Source: an uncultured Staphylococcaceae bacterium (lineage in GTDB: Bacteria; Bacillota_I; Bacilli_A; ML615J-28; CAG-313). From it: 64,000 bases of DNA. The stretch lies in NCBI GenBank assembly GCA_964541525.1, contig CAZIQF010000001.1:90553-154552 (forward strand), given 5' to 3'. Shown piece by piece: positions 61,840-64,000 of this stretch. Position numbers and translations under genes: made by a program. Positions within the stretch are counted from its first letter, which is position 1, and every line of letters starts with the position of its first letter. The notes under the pieces were generated by a model. That model worked only from the letters and a program-made list of their open reading frames with translations. It searched no databases and was not told the origin of the DNA.

Positions 61840-63270
61840 ATGAAAAAAATTGTAATTATAGGTGCTGGAATTACAGGATTATGTACGGGAATTTTTGCCT
61901 TAAGAAAAGGATATCAAGTATCAATATATGAAAAAAATAGTTTTGCCGGTGGTTGTTGTACCGGTTGGATAAGAGATAATACCTATATCGATAATTGTAT
62001 GCATTGGCTTACTGGAACTAATCAAACTACTAAAACCTTCAAATTATGGAAAAAGGTGGGAGCCATCTCAGAAACAAGTAATTTATATCAAGGCGAGTAT
62101 TTTTATAAATCTATATATAATAAGGACGAAATTGCGTTATCTAACGATTTAGAAAAGTTTAGGGCTGATTTATTAAAGTTATCAATTGAAGATCAAAAAG
62201 AAATCAATAAATTTGTTAATACGGTTAAAAGTTTAATTGTAATCCATCAAAATCCTAAATTGGTTAATAAAATTTTTAATACACCTTTCGCTTATTTAAA
62301 CTCGTATATGCGATATCGTCATTTATCCCTTGATGATTTAGCTAAAAAATTTAAACATCCACTCCTTAGAAAAATGTTTACTGATTATTTGCCGAAAGAA
62401 TATTGTTCACTAGCATTGATTTATGCTTATGCGACTTTTGCAAGTGGTAATGGTAAAATTTATAGTGCAGGTTCAAAAGCTTTTGCAAATAATATTTTAG
62501 ATGAATATATTAAACTTGGTGGTTTCATTCATTTTGATAGCACTTTAACCAAAATCCATCTCAACAATAACCGCATTGTTGGCGTTGAAATTAATAATCG
62601 CGAAAATATTATGGCTGATGAATTTGTTTATACAGCTGATCCTAAATATTTATTTGATCATCTATTATCTAATGAATATATGCCAAAGGAATTAGAACAA
62701 AAATTTAATGATCCTAGGGTCTACCCGCTTTATTCTAGTTTCCATGCAGCATATTTAGTTGATAAAGACCAATGTCCATTTAAGGATAGTGTTATATTCG
62801 AAATTAAAGAAACAAAAATAGGCCAAAATTATATTACAAGGTTGCATTTAAGAGATTATTCCTATCTTTACCCTCACAGTCATAAGACCGTAATTCAAGT
62901 GTTTATCCCTCAATCAATGGATGATTATAGTTATTTTGAATCATTATTAAAAAATAATCCCGATGATTATGAAAGAAAGAAAACAAATCTAGCTAATAAA
63001 TTTAAAGATTTAATTGTTGAGGAGTTTCCTAATCTTAAAAAATCAATCACTTTATTAGATTGCTGGACCCCAGTGACCTATAATCAATATTTTAATTCTA
63101 ATTGTGGTTCATATATGGGATTTACTTTTACAAAGAAATCTAGTTTTAATCATATTCCCTATAAACTAAAAAATCTAAAGAATTTTTATCTAGCTACCTA
63201 TTGGCAAAAACTTTCTGGTGGACTTCCAGTTGGGTTAGAAATAGGTTATGAAATTAGTAAAATATTATAA
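61840..63270 (+). CDS. FAD-dependent oxidoreductase (phytoene-desaturase/amine-oxidase fold)
   Basis: 'KIVIIGAGITGLCTG' dinucleotide-binding motif. ATG at 61840 with GGTGA RBS. Confidence 0.7.
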   Translation: MKKIVIIGAGITGLCTGIFALRKGYQVSIYEKNSFAGGCCTGWIRDNTYIDNCMHWLTGTNQTTKTFKLWKKVGAISETSNLYQGEYFYKSIYNKDEIALSNDLEKFRADLLKLSIEDQKEINKFVNTVKSLIVIHQNPKLVNKIFNTPFAYLNSYMRYRHLSLDDLAKKFKHPLLRKMFTDYLPKEYCSLALIYAYATFASGNGKIYSAGSKAFANNILDEYIKLGGFIHFDSTLTKIHLNNNRIVGVEINNRENIMADEFVYTADPKYLFDHLLSNEYMPKELEQKFNDPRVYPLYSSFHAAYLVDKDQCPFKDSVIFEIKETKIGQNYITRLHLRDYSYLYPHSHKTVIQVFIPQSMDDYSYFESLLKNNPDDYERKKTNLANKFKDLIVEEFPNLKKSITLLDCWTPVTYNQYFNSNCGSYMGFTFTKKSSFNHIPYKLKNLKNFYLATYWQKLSGGLPVGLEIGYEISKIL

Positions 63271-63302
63271 GAAAAGACCTGTTTTTAAACACAGGTCCAT
63301 TT

Positions 63303-64000
63303 TTATAGTTTGTTTAAAACGAGATTAATTCTTCTTGATACTTCGTCTTTTCCTAAAATTTTAAGCACCCAATATGGATTTGGCGTATTTTTTCTTGTTG
63401 AAACAGCTATTCTTAAAATTTCAGATACATCAGCAATGCTACCAAGATATGCTTCTTTATTCTTTTTATAAACTTTCATATTGTCACAGAAGCCACATTT
63501 AACAGCAACTTGTTTTAAATTTTCAAACCATTCTTCTTCTGATAGTTCTAATCCCATATTTTGTTCGTACGTTGTTAGAACATTTTTGATTGCATCTCTT
63601 GCAATATTTTCATTGAATGGTAATTCAGTTTCTTTTAATAATTGATCATATAAGTTGGCATAGAAGAATGCAACAAGCGGATATACTTGAGAAAATGTTT
63701 CATAGTCTTTTCTTGGATTTTCTTTTTCTCTTTCAATATTGATAATTGATTTAAAGTATTCTTCATCTTGTTTAATTAGATTTGCAAGATCTTGATTATA
63801 TTCTTCAGCATAAGCTAAAGCACGTTTTGTAAATTCTTCTTTAGTTAAACGAGCAAGACGTTCTTTACAAATATTTTTCACTTTCGCAAGATCAAATAGT
63901 GCTCCATCTAAATTCATTTTTTCAAATGATAGTTTAAAATCATAGATATTTGCGTTCATGTTTTGAAGACGCCATTCTTCAAAGTTAGAATTAGCAATCG
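63303..64000 (-). CDS. gltX: glutamate--tRNA ligase, C-terminal part (gene runs off window edge)
   Basis: C-terminal 'ILRIAVSTRKNTPNPYWVLKILGKDEVSRRINL', typical of GltX. The reading frame stays open to 64000. Confidence 0.55.
   Translation of the reverse strand, partial: IANSNFEEWRLQNMNANIYDFKLSFEKMNLDGALFDLAKVKNICKERLARLTKEEFTKRALAYAEEYNQDLANLIKQDEEYFKSIINIEREKENPRKDYETFSQVYPLVAFFYANLYDQLLKETELPFNENIARDAIKNVLTTYEQNMGLELSEEEWFENLKQVAVKCGFCDNMKVYKKNKEAYLGSIADVSEILRIAVSTRKNTPNPYWVLKILGKDEVSRRINLVLNKL

Noticed and set aside
1-64000. CRISPR arrays, IS elements, integrases, phage genes, tRNA/rRNA
   Set aside because: No regularly spaced direct repeats, no transposase/integrase-like ORFs, and no tRNA-like or rRNA sequence were recognised. 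The region looks like stable chromosomal backbone.

Overview
This 64 kb window reads as a low-GC (~30% GC), fermentative, anaerobic Firmicutes-type chromosome segment, densely coding, with almost every gene on the minus strand. There are no rRNA or tRNA genes, no CRISPR array and no recognisable transposon or phage genes. Ordinary content includes amino-acid and methionine ABC importers (one behind a T-box-like leader), a heterodimeric ABC exporter under a MarR-family regulator, several peptidases (PepF, M29, PepP, an S8 subtilase), a large surface amidase, Xth, Cls, DegV, a two-component system, and an ECF-sigma/anti-sigma pair. Two loci are notable. The first (9.9-18.8 kb) is a co-directional rex -> adhE -> APH-like kinase -> two thioredoxin-like [2Fe-2S] ferredoxins -> PAS-containing sensory [FeFe]-hydrogenase (HydS/HfsB-like) -> PP2C phosphatase -> second HydA-like protein string. 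This physically couples a putative H2-sensing signal-transduction module to the redox repressor and the ethanol-forming enzyme. The second (36.2-40.7 kb) is a sigma-factor-less partner-switching module made of an RsbV-like STAS protein, an RsbW-like GHKL kinase and a membrane-sensor RsbU-like PP2C. Its apparent outputs are two enzyme-fused STAS proteins: STAS fused to an APH-fold kinase, and a (p)ppGpp-hydrolase-type HD domain fused to STAS. This is the best candidate in the window for an undescribed regulatory system. Other items include a flavodoxin-like reductase gene interrupted by two in-frame stops, several structured leaders and terminator/antiterminator arrangements, candidate operator palindromes, and a strong-RBS 28-codon small ORF.
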